Shown here: in pieces, positions 8,856 through 17,501 of the stretch | Position numbering within the stretch: position 1 is the first letter of the stretch | Layout: each line of letters begins with the position of its first letter | Source of the DNA: a virus | Lineage: Duplodnaviria > Caudoviricetes | Strand: one strand, 5' to 3' | Virus record (IMG/VR): IMGVR_UViG_3300048672_000970 | Location: 32,001 to 96,000 of that record | Length of the DNA stretch: 64,000 bases | Translations under genes and position numbers: made by a program | Notes under the pieces: model-generated | What the model saw: the letters and a program-made list of their open reading frames with translations, nothing else | Databases searched by the model: none | Told to the model about the DNA's origin: nothing

Positions 8856-10592
8856 TTATTCAAGTTGAGAAGTGTAAATGGTTTGGAATTCATCCGCCCA
8901 ATCATTATTGGTTGACCACAGCTTTTTGATATTGCTATCAATGAAATAGGTGGTTGCCCAATCGTTAACGTGGCGTACCGACCGGCCGGCGCCTTGCACC
9001 AATTTTAGCAGCGTTTCAAGCTGATAGATGTGCGGGTACTGATCAAGAATTCGCTTCATGCGCGCGTCACCAAGGCTGCCATACGGCGCTTTAACGATGA
9101 TTTGATACCGTGACTGGTCATTAGGCAAATCGATGCCCTCAAAGCCGGCTGGCGTCAGCAGGATGGCAGACCCCTTGTATGCCTTGAAAGCTTTCAGCAC
9201 CTGATTCAGTTTTTTGCCCTGTTCATGTTGAAAGATTTGCGCATTGGTCTTCAATCCATTGGCAATCAAACTGTTCAGCTTGAAAGACGGCGTAAGAATA
9301 ATTCCCCGCTCTTTCTTCGCATGGTGGTGATTGACAATTTGATTGCTCAGGGAAACCAACTTTTTCCCTGTCTCCGGATTCTGTAATGATTGATAACTCA
9401 GTGGAATCGGATTGAGGAAAATAACTTTCTTGTTCTTCTTCGGAAAGACAGCCGGTGCTTTGATGAATTTCACCTTACCGGGAATCTTCATATAAGCCTT
9501 AACTAACGTTTCGTTAATCGTCGCGCTCATGATAAGCGTATAAGTCGAATTGACCATTTCACGATACATATCACCGATGAACAGCGGTTTGATAATGAGC
9601 TGATATGGCTGATTCGGGTCTTGGGCAGTTGGCTGCTTGAACTCATACGAGTGTTCATAAGTTTTTGAAACGAACTTGTCCGTTACGCCGACCAGATTGC
9701 CGAGCTTGCGCGAAAACTTGTTCAGCGTCTTGAACAGTTCTTTGTTCAGGACGAAATCCTTCATGTTGAGAATTCGCTCATTGACATCTGCGAGAAATGG
9801 CCGATAGACATCTTGAAGCATCAGGGAGAAAAACTCAACATAGTTTTCTTGCGTGATATCACCAGACGTAAAAATACCTTTCAGGTCTTTAACTAACTTA
9901 GCATACTTCGGATTCCCGAGTGCAAGCGTTGCTTCTTCAGCGAGTTTATCAAACAGTGTTTCTGACAGTTCTAACGTGACAAAATCAACGAACAGTGAAT
10001 TAGTCAGATGCCCTTCGTCAAATACTGCGAGGGTACGAGATTGCAGTGCGATTTCATCCGGCATGAAAAGTCGGTCAACGTAGTAATACGCATAATTTGT
10101 CACCAGATGGTGTGACTTTTCTTTTTTCTGACGAAGGAAATTGTATTGACAAAAGCGGCAATGCTCATTGAGCATTTCTTCATTGTTCGACCGAGTGAAA
10201 TCGGAGAAAACGCAATCTTCCGCAGTGGTTGGTTCACCCGTACTGGATAGTGCCGAGCAATTATAGTTCGATGCACCTTTCACCACCAGAAAGTTGAGGT
10301 CGCGTTCAGATTCAGCAAAATCGGTCGCATACTGATCGAGCAGGACGTTAGTTGCTGATAGCAGAAATGATGCTTGTTCGTGCTGGTCTGGGTGCAGAAT
10401 TGAATGGAGTGCTTCAGCAGTAACGACCGCTATCGTTGACTTACCTCGGCCAGTGGGTGCGGATAGGATGATGGTTTTGTTATCTTCATCCAGAAATGAG
10501 ACAAGAAGCTGATTGATAATTTCTTCTTGTCCGTCCCACGGCTCACGGCCGACCTTCTTGAACGCGGCTAAAATTTGTTCCTTGTATTTCAT
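8856..10592 (-). CDS. DinG/Rad3-like SF2 helicase with Fe-S cysteines
   Basis: SAPTGRGKS, DEGH, MSAT, EGIDLP, QGAGRSVR motifs; C..C..C..C cluster; SD before MKYKEQ. Confidence 0.85.
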   Translation of the reverse strand: MKYKEQILAAFKKVGREPWDGQEEIINQLLVSFLDEDNKTIILSAPTGRGKSTIAVVTAEALHSILHPDQHEQASFLLSATNVLLDQYATDFAESERDLNFLVVKGASNYNCSALSSTGEPTTAEDCVFSDFTRSNNEEMLNEHCRFCQYNFLRQKKEKSHHLVTNYAYYYVDRLFMPDEIALQSRTLAVFDEGHLTNSLFVDFVTLELSETLFDKLAEEATLALGNPKYAKLVKDLKGIFTSGDITQENYVEFFSLMLQDVYRPFLADVNERILNMKDFVLNKELFKTLNKFSRKLGNLVGVTDKFVSKTYEHSYEFKQPTAQDPNQPYQLIIKPLFIGDMYREMVNSTYTLIMSATINETLVKAYMKIPGKVKFIKAPAVFPKKNKKVIFLNPIPLSYQSLQNPETGKKLVSLSNQIVNHHHAKKERGIILTPSFKLNSLIANGLKTNAQIFQHEQGKKLNQVLKAFKAYKGSAILLTPAGFEGIDLPNDQSRYQIIVKAPYGSLGDARMKRILDQYPHIYQLETLLKLVQGAGRSVRHVNDWATTYFIDSNIKKLWSTNNDWADEFQTIYTSQLE

Positions 10593-10646
10593 GCAGTCCT
10601 TTGGTGCAAAGTTGGAGATGCTGAATGATAGCATCTTTTAACGAAC

Positions 10647-10669
10647 AATCCCCGCGTTTAGCGGGGATT
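10647..10669 (-). terminator. GC-rich hairpin, probable terminator
   Basis: AATCCCCGC-gttta-GCGGGGATT in intergenic space. Confidence 0.5.
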
Positions 10670-10675
10670 TGTGTT

Positions 10676-10942
10676 TCATCGGTCTTCTGGTTCAACCCAC
10701 ATCTGTTCGGCAGAATAGGTTGCTTGCAGAATCTTTTGCAAATCCATCGTACCAAGCGACCGTTCAAATTCAGAAGACGGATAAGCAATCACCCGTGCAA
10801 CATTCTTGAATCGTTGCAGCTCTTTGTACAGTTGAAGAATATCTGCTTTAGCGTCTTCAAACGCGTACTGAATGGCTGCAGGGCTTTGAGTTACCATTGC
10901 CCGAGGGTCGCAGTTAGTCCATTGGTCAATAGTGCGTTGCAT
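10676..10942 (-). CDS. hypothetical protein
   Basis: MQRTIDQW..., abuts the upstream stop. Confidence 0.6.
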   Translation of the reverse strand: MQRTIDQWTNCDPRAMVTQSPAAIQYAFEDAKADILQLYKELQRFKNVARVIAYPSSEFERSLGTMDLQKILQATYSAEQMWVEPEDR

Positions 10943-10943
10943 T

Positions 10944-11429
10944 TTAACGACCCCCGATAATGATTCGTGCCCGAGATTCCAGCCCGTAAAGCTGATGATG
11001 CTCTTGCTTTTGAGCATGCTTCGCCCGCGCCTTTGCCTCATCGGCAAATTCATACCGGCGAGCCGTTTGAAAAGTTTGAATGATCTTGCCAACGTCAGAC
11101 AGCACACTTGCACGCGTTGCCAGGATTTCTCCTTCCACGTCCACGTCAATCTTGCTGAAAGAGAAAATGGACGGCTGCGTGTGCTCCAGAGTTTCAACCA
11201 GCACATGATCCATGGCTTGTCGAATATTCTTCACCAGCACTTCATCCTTTTGGCCGGTGGCAAACTGTTCGCGCATCAGCTTTGCCAGCGCAGCATACGC
11301 CTTCGATGCTGCGGGCGTCAGCACGCCGGGGATCGGGAGATTCTTGCGATTCCACGCCTGTTGCTGGCGGGTCAGGAAAGGTTGTTGTGCGGCAATCTTC
11401 TGGCTCGGTTCAACGATGTGCTTTTGCAT
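10944..11429 (-). CDS. hypothetical protein immediately downstream of the CRISPR array
   Basis: AAGGA SD before MQKHIV; own early promoter (TTGTCT-16-TAAAAT); no Cas motif recognised. Confidence 0.65.
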   Translation of the reverse strand: MQKHIVEPSQKIAAQQPFLTRQQQAWNRKNLPIPGVLTPAASKAYAALAKLMREQFATGQKDEVLVKNIRQAMDHVLVETLEHTQPSIFSFSKIDVDVEGEILATRASVLSDVGKIIQTFQTARRYEFADEAKARAKHAQKQEHHQLYGLESRARIIIGGR

Positions 11430-11525
11430 GATGCTTCCTTTCAGGTGGTGTTGCGATGGAATGAATTTTAACGGATTTGACGAAAGAGACAATCAGAAAG
11501 TTGTATCAGGATGTAACCAGATTTT

Positions 11526-12164
11526 ATGTTAATCCGCACAAGTGGCGGCGAGGGACTCACGTAGCTTGAGCATCAAAGACGCGAGCCTTTTAAGCCGCAC
11601 GTATGGCGGCGAGGTCAGCAGAGTATCACCGCATTGCTGAAATCTGCTCTTTTAAGCCGCACGTATGGCGGCGAGGAACTCATCTAACCTGACGCTCATC
11701 GCAGGGCTTCTTTTAAGCCGCACGTATGGCGGCGAGGCTGCTCGGTTTGAGTGCTGATGCAAAAGCTGTTCTTTTAAGCCGCACGTATGGCGGCGAGGGG
11801 ATTTTCTCAGTCAGCGGCAGTCACATCAGTTCTTTTAAGCCGCACGTATGGCGGCGAGGTTTGCAATCCGGCCAGCGGAGTTGAGTGAGATACTTTTAAG
11901 CCGCACGTATGGCGGCGAGGCCAGTCGTTTTCAACGGCGGAAGATTCTTGATTCTTTTAAGCCGCACGTATGGCGGCGAGGATGCGGTCAACTGAAAATT
12001 CTTCTTTCTCAGTTCTTTTAAGCCGCACGTATGGCGGCGAGGGTTGTTTGACAGAATGACTGAATTAGTCGTCAACTTTTAAGCCGCACGTATGGCGGCG
12101 AGGCGCACTCGTGATAGTTCCTGCAGCGATTTCAGCCTTTTAAGCCGCACGTATGGCGGCGAGG
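11526..12164 (-). CRISPR. type I-F-like CRISPR array, 11 repeats (10 identical + 1 degenerate), 10 spacers of 33 nt (one 34)
   Basis: 28-nt repeat CCTCGCCGCCATACGTGCGGCTTAAAAG (minus strand); plus-strand starts 11587, 11649, 11710, 11771, 11832, 11893, 11954, 12015, 12076, 12137; degenerate copy at 11526; all spacers unique. Confidence 0.97.
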
Positions 12165-12320
12165 TAGAGCTTTTCAGAAAAACATTAATTAAATCAATAA
12201 CTTACATCATTAACTTAAAGTAACCCTTTCTCAAAAGTTACCGTTTCTCACTGTCAAAAAGATGATATAAATCAATGACTTACCTCACTTTCTTCAAGTG
12301 ACTGAAAAATAAAGGGGGTC
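12165..12320 (-). promoter_or_regulatory. CRISPR leader with two IHF sites and inverted repeat (I-F type)
   Basis: AT-rich; WATCAANNNNTTR exact matches at 12192-12204 and 12270-12282; ACCCTTT (12223) / AAAGGGGGT (12311) inverted repeat. Confidence 0.85.
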
Positions 12321-12339
12321 ATTTGGCTGGACTATCTCC

Positions 12340-12753
12340 TTATCGGATGACTTCCAGCGAGAACGGAAGCGAGCGGAACCGCAACACTTTGCCCGCATCG
12401 GCCTCCGTCACGCCCACCGGGAAACGCTTCGACCGGCGACCCTTGATGGTCGGGTCATGCACCCACAGGCCGCCCTTTTGGCGCAGGGTCGCTTCAAATT
12501 CATAACCCTGCTTGGCAGCATCGCGTTCATTCCGGCGACGGATTTCCTCATTTCGAGCCTGATTTGCCCGTTCTTCCGCAGCAGCCCTTGCGGTACGGTG
12601 CTCTGCAAGAGCCTTTTCAGAACGGGCGTTAGACGCCGCCCATTCAGCGTACAGAGCTTGCGCTTCAGCACTTTGCGGGTGGAGCAGCTTAACACCATTC
12701 GGCAGAGTGGTGCATCCGAACATTTCATGATCAGCTTGGCGTGCGTCAGACAT
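12340..12753 (-). CDS. hypothetical protein
   Basis: GGAG SD, lies between tRNA-Lys and the CRISPR leader. Confidence 0.65.
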   Translation of the reverse strand: MSDARQADHEMFGCTTLPNGVKLLHPQSAEAQALYAEWAASNARSEKALAEHRTARAAAEERANQARNEEIRRRNERDAAKQGYEFEATLRQKGGLWVHDPTIKGRRSKRFPVGVTEADAGKVLRFRSLPFSLEVIR

Positions 12754-12770
12754 TTTTTGCTCCGAGAAAT

Positions 12771-12846
12771 TGGTGGGTTGTGCCGGCTACGATCCGGCGA
12801 CCTACTGATTAAAAGTCAGTTGCTCTACCTACTGAGCTAACAACCC
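12771..12846 (-). tRNA. tRNA-Lys(UUU) with atypical T-loop AUCGUAG
   Basis: GGGTTGT acceptor, GCTC/GAGC D stem, ACTGA-CTTTTAA-TCAGT, GCCGG T stem, encoded CCA. Confidence 0.92.
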
Positions 12847-12863
12847 GTTGTGTTCAAGACTCT

Positions 12864-12891
12864 ATTATATACGATTTCAAAGCCGCGTCAA
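12864..12891 (-). promoter_or_regulatory. sigma70-type early promoter
   Basis: TTGACG-16-TATAAT upstream of tRNA-Lys, ORF and CRISPR leader. Confidence 0.7.
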
Positions 12892-13514
12892 ACAATTTCT
12901 GCTTCTTTCCGGCGAGCAAGTTCTTCCGCTGCGGCGCAGATGACGTTCAGCGGAGTCAGCTTGCCGAACAGATAGTAGAACGAACGCACGAACTGAGTGC
13001 CATGCGAATTGACAACCATGTGAGTGTTTGCGTACACACTCAGACCATTGAACAGTTCACCGAGATAAATGCCTCGGAGATACTGTTGCTGCCGCTGTTC
13101 GATGATTTCACTGAGCAGCTTTTCAACGCGCACCACCCGTTCAGGCTTTGCAGCCACTTCCGGCGCAACGATTTCAGTAGCCATCACTTCAGCCCGCAGG
13201 CCGACCAGTTCGTTGATCAGGTCGATTTCACGTTCAGCTTCCGGAAACATCTTCAGAACCGCTTCTGCATGACGGTCACGCCAGTGGTTCAGTTGATTCG
13301 GGATGTCGTAATAAACATCCGTTTGTTCTTGAGTACGAACATCATACGGAACGTTCAGAAAATGAGCATGAACCGCATCACGCACAGAATCATAGGCCCG
13401 TCCCAGCATGTCAGTAACACGCTTCTTGGCGGCCTTGCTGGAAAAACCATCAGCCATCATTTGCATGGCATTAGCGATGTTCTTTTCTGCGCGGGTGATG
13501 TATTGCGAGGTCAT
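12888..13514 (-). CDS. hypothetical phage protein
   Basis: 208 aa ORF behind an early promoter. Confidence 0.7.
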   Translation of the reverse strand: MTSQYITRAEKNIANAMQMMADGFSSKAAKKRVTDMLGRAYDSVRDAVHAHFLNVPYDVRTQEQTDVYYDIPNQLNHWRDRHAEAVLKMFPEAEREIDLINELVGLRAEVMATEIVAPEVAAKPERVVRVEKLLSEIIEQRQQQYLRGIYLGELFNGLSVYANTHMVVNSHGTQFVRSFYYLFGKLTPLNVICAAAEELARRKEAEIV

Positions 13515-13589
13515 GTCGTTGCTCAGTTCGGTTTCGATAGGTGTTATTGTAGCGAACTGAGCAACGGAGGCAAGCGGTGTTACACTTTG

Positions 13590-14042
13590 TTACGGAATCA
13601 CTTTGAAATATTGTAGGCGCCATTTTTGTGTGTTGGAATCAAAACAGATGGGACAAAATTGCTTAAGAGTGCCACACGAGCCTTTTATATTATCATCAGG
13701 TATAAACAATGTAATACCATCCCCATTAAACATTTTGCCTCCCTGGATTTCAACCTGAGTTAAAAGCGCATCAACTGCAGCTTCCACCGAAATAAACTTC
13801 AGCGCATCTTTTTGATTGTTGGTTAGTTCAGCCGAGAAACGGGCTGGATTAGAGGCATCGTCCCCTGTTTTAATGAATCCAGAATAAGTTAGGTAAGAAA
13901 ATTCGATAAGAGCCATAAAGTTTTCCTTCGCCAGAGTGACGCATCCCGGCATTAGCTTTTGTCCATTACCCGTGCACGATAAGGATAGAGATTTTACACC
14001 CCTACCTGAATATGTAACAAACGCGTTTTCGATTTTAGTCAC
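13590..14042 (-). CDS. hypothetical protein
   Basis: overlaps the MTase stop; AT-rich. Confidence 0.55.
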   Translation of the reverse strand: MTKIENAFVTYSGRGVKSLSLSCTGNGQKLMPGCVTLAKENFMALIEFSYLTYSGFIKTGDDASNPARFSAELTNNQKDALKFISVEAAVDALLTQVEIQGGKMFNGDGITLFIPDDNIKGSCGTLKQFCPICFDSNTQKWRLQYFKVIP

Positions 14043-14458
14043 CCAAACACTTCATCATAGTCCACCGTCAGCCCATTAGCGCATACGATGTTACGTTCAA
14101 CGATGTGCCGAAATTCTTCATGACCTGCTAGAAGTCTATCACGGCATAGCTGGACGTTATCGGGCATGATGTCAATCCCGTAAATGGTTGATAGTGCTTG
14201 TTCCAGCGTAGAGCCGTTTTCCAGCTTCCTGATGAGGATTTCTGAAAGGAACTGCCCATCCCCGCAGGCGTTGTCAATAAACGTCTTAGAAGGGTCTTTG
14301 AAGACTTCTGGGTTGATATGGTCAAGCACTTCTTGAACGAGTGGAGTGGGGGTGAAAACTTCAGCAGTAGCTTTTACCCGATTTGCATCACGTTCGATAC
14401 CTGACATATATTCCCGGTTTCGGGCATGATTGATGATATGAGTTAGTTCAGGATTCAT
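14039..14458 (-). CDS. N6-adenine methyltransferase, SAM-binding half only
   Basis: EVFTPTPLV (motif X), IDNACGDGQF (motif I), IYGIDIMPDN (motif II); no NPPY/F. Confidence 0.8.
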   Translation of the reverse strand: MNPELTHIINHARNREYMSGIERDANRVKATAEVFTPTPLVQEVLDHINPEVFKDPSKTFIDNACGDGQFLSEILIRKLENGSTLEQALSTIYGIDIMPDNVQLCRDRLLAGHEEFRHIVERNIVCANGLTVDYDEVFG

Positions 14459-15458
14459 TTGACTTTCCATTCTTGAGTTCTTTCTTAATAGCTTCCACGA
14501 GTTTTTGGCAAAAGGTATTCCCAATAAATTGAGTAAATGGGAATACTTCAACCGCCGGGCCATCATATAGCCGCTCATTTAGCAAATAGATATATCCGCT
14601 TGTCATCGATGCATCTGATGGGTCAGATGCCGCTTTCATTTTCCCAAATTCCTCTTTAACAAAAAGAGGCGTGCTACCGGGAATATCATGCATCATTACG
14701 TCATATTCGGCGGATTGCAAAGAGCATTTAACGTAATAGGTTGAGCGAATATTTCTATACTTCATCCTAAGTTCGTCAAACCCCACGTTGGTAGTCATAA
14801 TAGCATCAATTTTGTAGTGCGAATTATATTTCAGCGGGGCGGAAGGGGATAAAAAACTACTTACTGTATATTCAGTTCGGCTTACCCATTGTTCAAACAG
14901 ACCCGTATGGGTGACTTCGGAAACGAAAGTTACTTCTCCCGGCGTTTCAGTGCTAGCCGTACTGCCTTTAATTACACATTCATCTTTGGTTAGATTTTGC
15001 TTCGGACACACAAAATTCAACAGGCCCATTTTGTTGGCAAAGAAAAATACGGGAACTTCTGTAACGGATGCATCAATGTAACGTGCCACACGGCCTTCAC
15101 CATAAAGTCTATAAGCCGCACTTTTCTTATTTCGTGGATCACCCTTGCCACATACGGCATTCTTAAGAGAGTCCAAAGACGAAGTGGGATTAATGACGAT
15201 TCTACCAGTTGTTGTAATTACGGTGTTATCACTACACACGAGATTAAAAGGGGAGGTGAACACAACCACCCCGTTTTTGTTTTCACTTTTTGTCATTACA
15301 TCTACTGACCCATTTTTATTAATGGCTACTGAGTCAACGTCGAGGAAAAATTTCCTATAGTCACCCCCATAACCATTGGTAGCATAAGCCACCCAATCAG
15401 CAGCATTTGCCCCAACACCCATTACGGCCAATAACCCAGCAATCAAAGTCTTCTTCAT
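14448..15458 (-). CDS. secreted/periplasmic protein
   Basis: signal peptide MKKTLIAGLLAVMGVGANA; N-terminal W...FLDVDSV domain resembles surface-adhesin-E-like folds. Confidence 0.6.
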   Translation of the reverse strand: MKKTLIAGLLAVMGVGANAADWVAYATNGYGGDYRKFFLDVDSVAINKNGSVDVMTKSENKNGVVVFTSPFNLVCSDNTVITTTGRIVINPTSSLDSLKNAVCGKGDPRNKKSAAYRLYGEGRVARYIDASVTEVPVFFFANKMGLLNFVCPKQNLTKDECVIKGSTASTETPGEVTFVSEVTHTGLFEQWVSRTEYTVSSFLSPSAPLKYNSHYKIDAIMTTNVGFDELRMKYRNIRSTYYVKCSLQSAEYDVMMHDIPGSTPLFVKEEFGKMKAASDPSDASMTSGYIYLLNERLYDGPAVEVFPFTQFIGNTFCQKLVEAIKKELKNGKSNES

Positions 15459-16138
15459 TCTTCCACCCCTTCTCGCAGTTGATAAGCTTCAAAGTCAATT
15501 TCACAACTGGCAACCGAGATAGGTGCCAGACCATTTTTCTCACGGAGCATGTTAAGAAAGCCGAAGTTATCTTTCACCTTCTTCTTAATCATATCTCCGT
15601 TGACAACTTCCACGCAGCCAAAACACATTTCATTCAGATTGAAATGGATGCCCTTGGCGGTGGTGAACAAAATCTTTCTAGCCTTATAGGCTACTCGCTC
15701 AACCAGCGCACGCATACTCGCATGTGTGATAAAATTGGTAATACCGTATTCATCATTTGCTGTAAATTCATATGAAGACTTTTCAACGTACTTCATCTGA
15801 ATAAAAACGGGGGCGCCGGGATGGCCGGAAATCTTGCCATCATGATAAGGCTTCAGTGTAGTAGTCTTCCCCTCTGCATCAATGCCATAATCCTTAGCGG
15901 TATCACACAGCTCTTTTGAGAGGGCTACTCCATGCAGGTTGAAATCCTTACCAAAATAATTAAGGAACTCTTTTCCAAACCATTCGAGGAAATCACCCTT
16001 AAAGACTTCAGGATGGTTTTTATACGCATCCTGAATCGGCTTAGAACGAGCTTGTTTCTTCACACGGTCAATGATATCTGAAAAGTCAGGCTGCTGGAGC
16101 AGTTGAGCAAAATCAGCATACTTTTCAAATCTGGTCAT
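15455..16138 (-). CDS. Mrr-like PD-(D/E)xK nuclease (Type ISP nuclease-like)
   Basis: DYGIDAEG...VFIQMKY, a D-(n)-D...QxK signature. Confidence 0.65.
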   Translation of the reverse strand: MTRFEKYADFAQLLQQPDFSDIIDRVKKQARSKPIQDAYKNHPEVFKGDFLEWFGKEFLNYFGKDFNLHGVALSKELCDTAKDYGIDAEGKTTTLKPYHDGKISGHPGAPVFIQMKYVEKSSYEFTANDEYGITNFITHASMRALVERVAYKARKILFTTAKGIHFNLNEMCFGCVEVVNGDMIKKKVKDNFGFLNMLREKNGLAPISVASCEIDFEAYQLREGVEE

Positions 16139-16152
16139 GATACCCTCTGTTG

Positions 16153-17478
16153 TTACGGTGCCTTACGTTGCTTTTTCGCCTTACCGGGTGCGTTTGCTTC
16201 AATGTATGCAATTTCTTCCGGCGTCAGCTTGAGAGCATTGTAAATCAGGTTTGGCGAAAAGTCAACGGCTAAGTCAATCTTTGGGATGTGGGCCAGCAGA
16301 GTTCGGTTGGTGAATCCGGCCGTTTTCGTTTGGTCAAGAAGCCATGCCATGATGTCAGATGTGAGGTATTCCATAATATGCGTACCTTCTAATGGCGTAT
16401 CCACCAAAATGGCGGCGGCGTGCTCGGTATATCCCCACTCGCCATCCATATCAAAAACCATTTTGTCGGACACCGTTCCTCTGGCGGCGTAAAGGGGGAA
16501 CACAATTTTCCGTTTGAACTGATTAGGATGGGGCTTAGAGCCATATCGAATGCTCGCGCCGTGCACATTCGGATAATGAAATACATTATCATCAACTTTC
16601 GACATATGCGGCCTGCGGGCATCATTATTCGAGTCAAACAACACTTCCATGTTTTCACGAGTTCTATCATTGAATACTTTATTCATAATAGAAAGACTGA
16701 TAGTGTCAACCGTTTCAGGCATAACTGTAATATTATTTAAATTGATAAAAACCGTATCTTTACCATTCACCGCAGTGGTTAAATGTTCCCGCGAAGGAAG
16801 TTCTTTTTTAACAATGAACCAAGAAACAGTCGTACCAACGGTAGGGAAATATTCACGGGCATTTAAGCAAATGTACTCGGCGCTGTATTTGTTTATCACC
16901 TCTTTAAACACTTTTGTTTTGGAATCGGCCCAAGCATTTGGCGTAATCATTGCCAGATGGCCGGACGGCTTGACAAGTTTCATACCTGCCAGGACAAATT
17001 CCGTCCACGCCTTCTTACTGCTGGCTGCGTCTTTATCTTGAAACGGCGGGTTGCCGCACACCACATCAAATCTCATATATCTCCAATCAATGTTGCCAGT
17101 GGAAATGCAAGCATACTTGATGCCATGCATTTCACACAGTTGACGGATTTTATCATGATAGTCGTTGGTGGCGAGCGTAACGGATGCGTTATTTTGTAGT
17201 TTCAGCCACAGCGCCCATTCAAACGTCTCAAAGACCAACACGGATTGATTTCCACGGGGCAGATACGTCTGAATGTTTTCAATCAACTGATACGCAGTAA
17301 ACGGTTGGGTGAAGGCATCTTCACGGTCGGATGGTGCCGCATAAATGTCAGAAATTAAAAAATCGGCAATGGCACTCAGAATTTCAGAATTGGCAGTGTG
17401 TTCACAGTCAGTGAAATTTTCCGTGTTCAGCATGTCGTTCCAATCAAAGTTATTTGGTATGGGTGAATTATGGTACAC
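16153..17478 (-). CDS. adenine methyltransferase catalytic half plus target recognition domain (Eco57I-like)
   Basis: FDVVCGNPPFQ motif IV, GHLAMITPNAW; motif I degenerate; long C-terminal TRD-like region. Confidence 0.8.
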   Translation of the reverse strand: MYHNSPIPNNFDWNDMLNTENFTDCEHTANSEILSAIADFLISDIYAAPSDREDAFTQPFTAYQLIENIQTYLPRGNQSVLVFETFEWALWLKLQNNASVTLATNDYHDKIRQLCEMHGIKYACISTGNIDWRYMRFDVVCGNPPFQDKDAASSKKAWTEFVLAGMKLVKPSGHLAMITPNAWADSKTKVFKEVINKYSAEYICLNAREYFPTVGTTVSWFIVKKELPSREHLTTAVNGKDTVFINLNNITVMPETVDTISLSIMNKVFNDRTRENMEVLFDSNNDARRPHMSKVDDNVFHYPNVHGASIRYGSKPHPNQFKRKIVFPLYAARGTVSDKMVFDMDGEWGYTEHAAAILVDTPLEGTHIMEYLTSDIMAWLLDQTKTAGFTNRTLLAHIPKIDLAVDFSPNLIYNALKLTPEEIAYIEANAPGKAKKQRKAP

Positions 17479-17501
17479 CCATTTAACGCCGTCAAGCTCT
17501 G

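Noticed and set aside
8856-10592. DinG helicase near the array as type IV-A CasDinG
   Set aside because: It retains an Fe-S cysteine cluster like ordinary phage DinG, no csf1-3 or cas6 genes are nearby, and the repeat and leader are I-F-like.
10676-11206. 176 aa ORF as listed in the track
   Set aside because: Its 5' half overlaps the 10944-11429 gene in another frame; the real start is probably 10942.
11554-12136. Self-targeting spacers or spacer identity from translation (e.g. YLTQLRWPD resembling IS1595)
   Set aside because: No matching protospacer noticed in this window by eye, and 11-codon translations are too short to be meaningful.
10676-13514. ORFs flanking the array as cas6f/cas1/cas2
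   Set aside because: No Gly-rich loop, Cas6f HQAL/FVPWF-type motifs or Cas1/Cas2 signatures seen; they have ordinary phage early promoters. A structure search is still needed to exclude remote homology.
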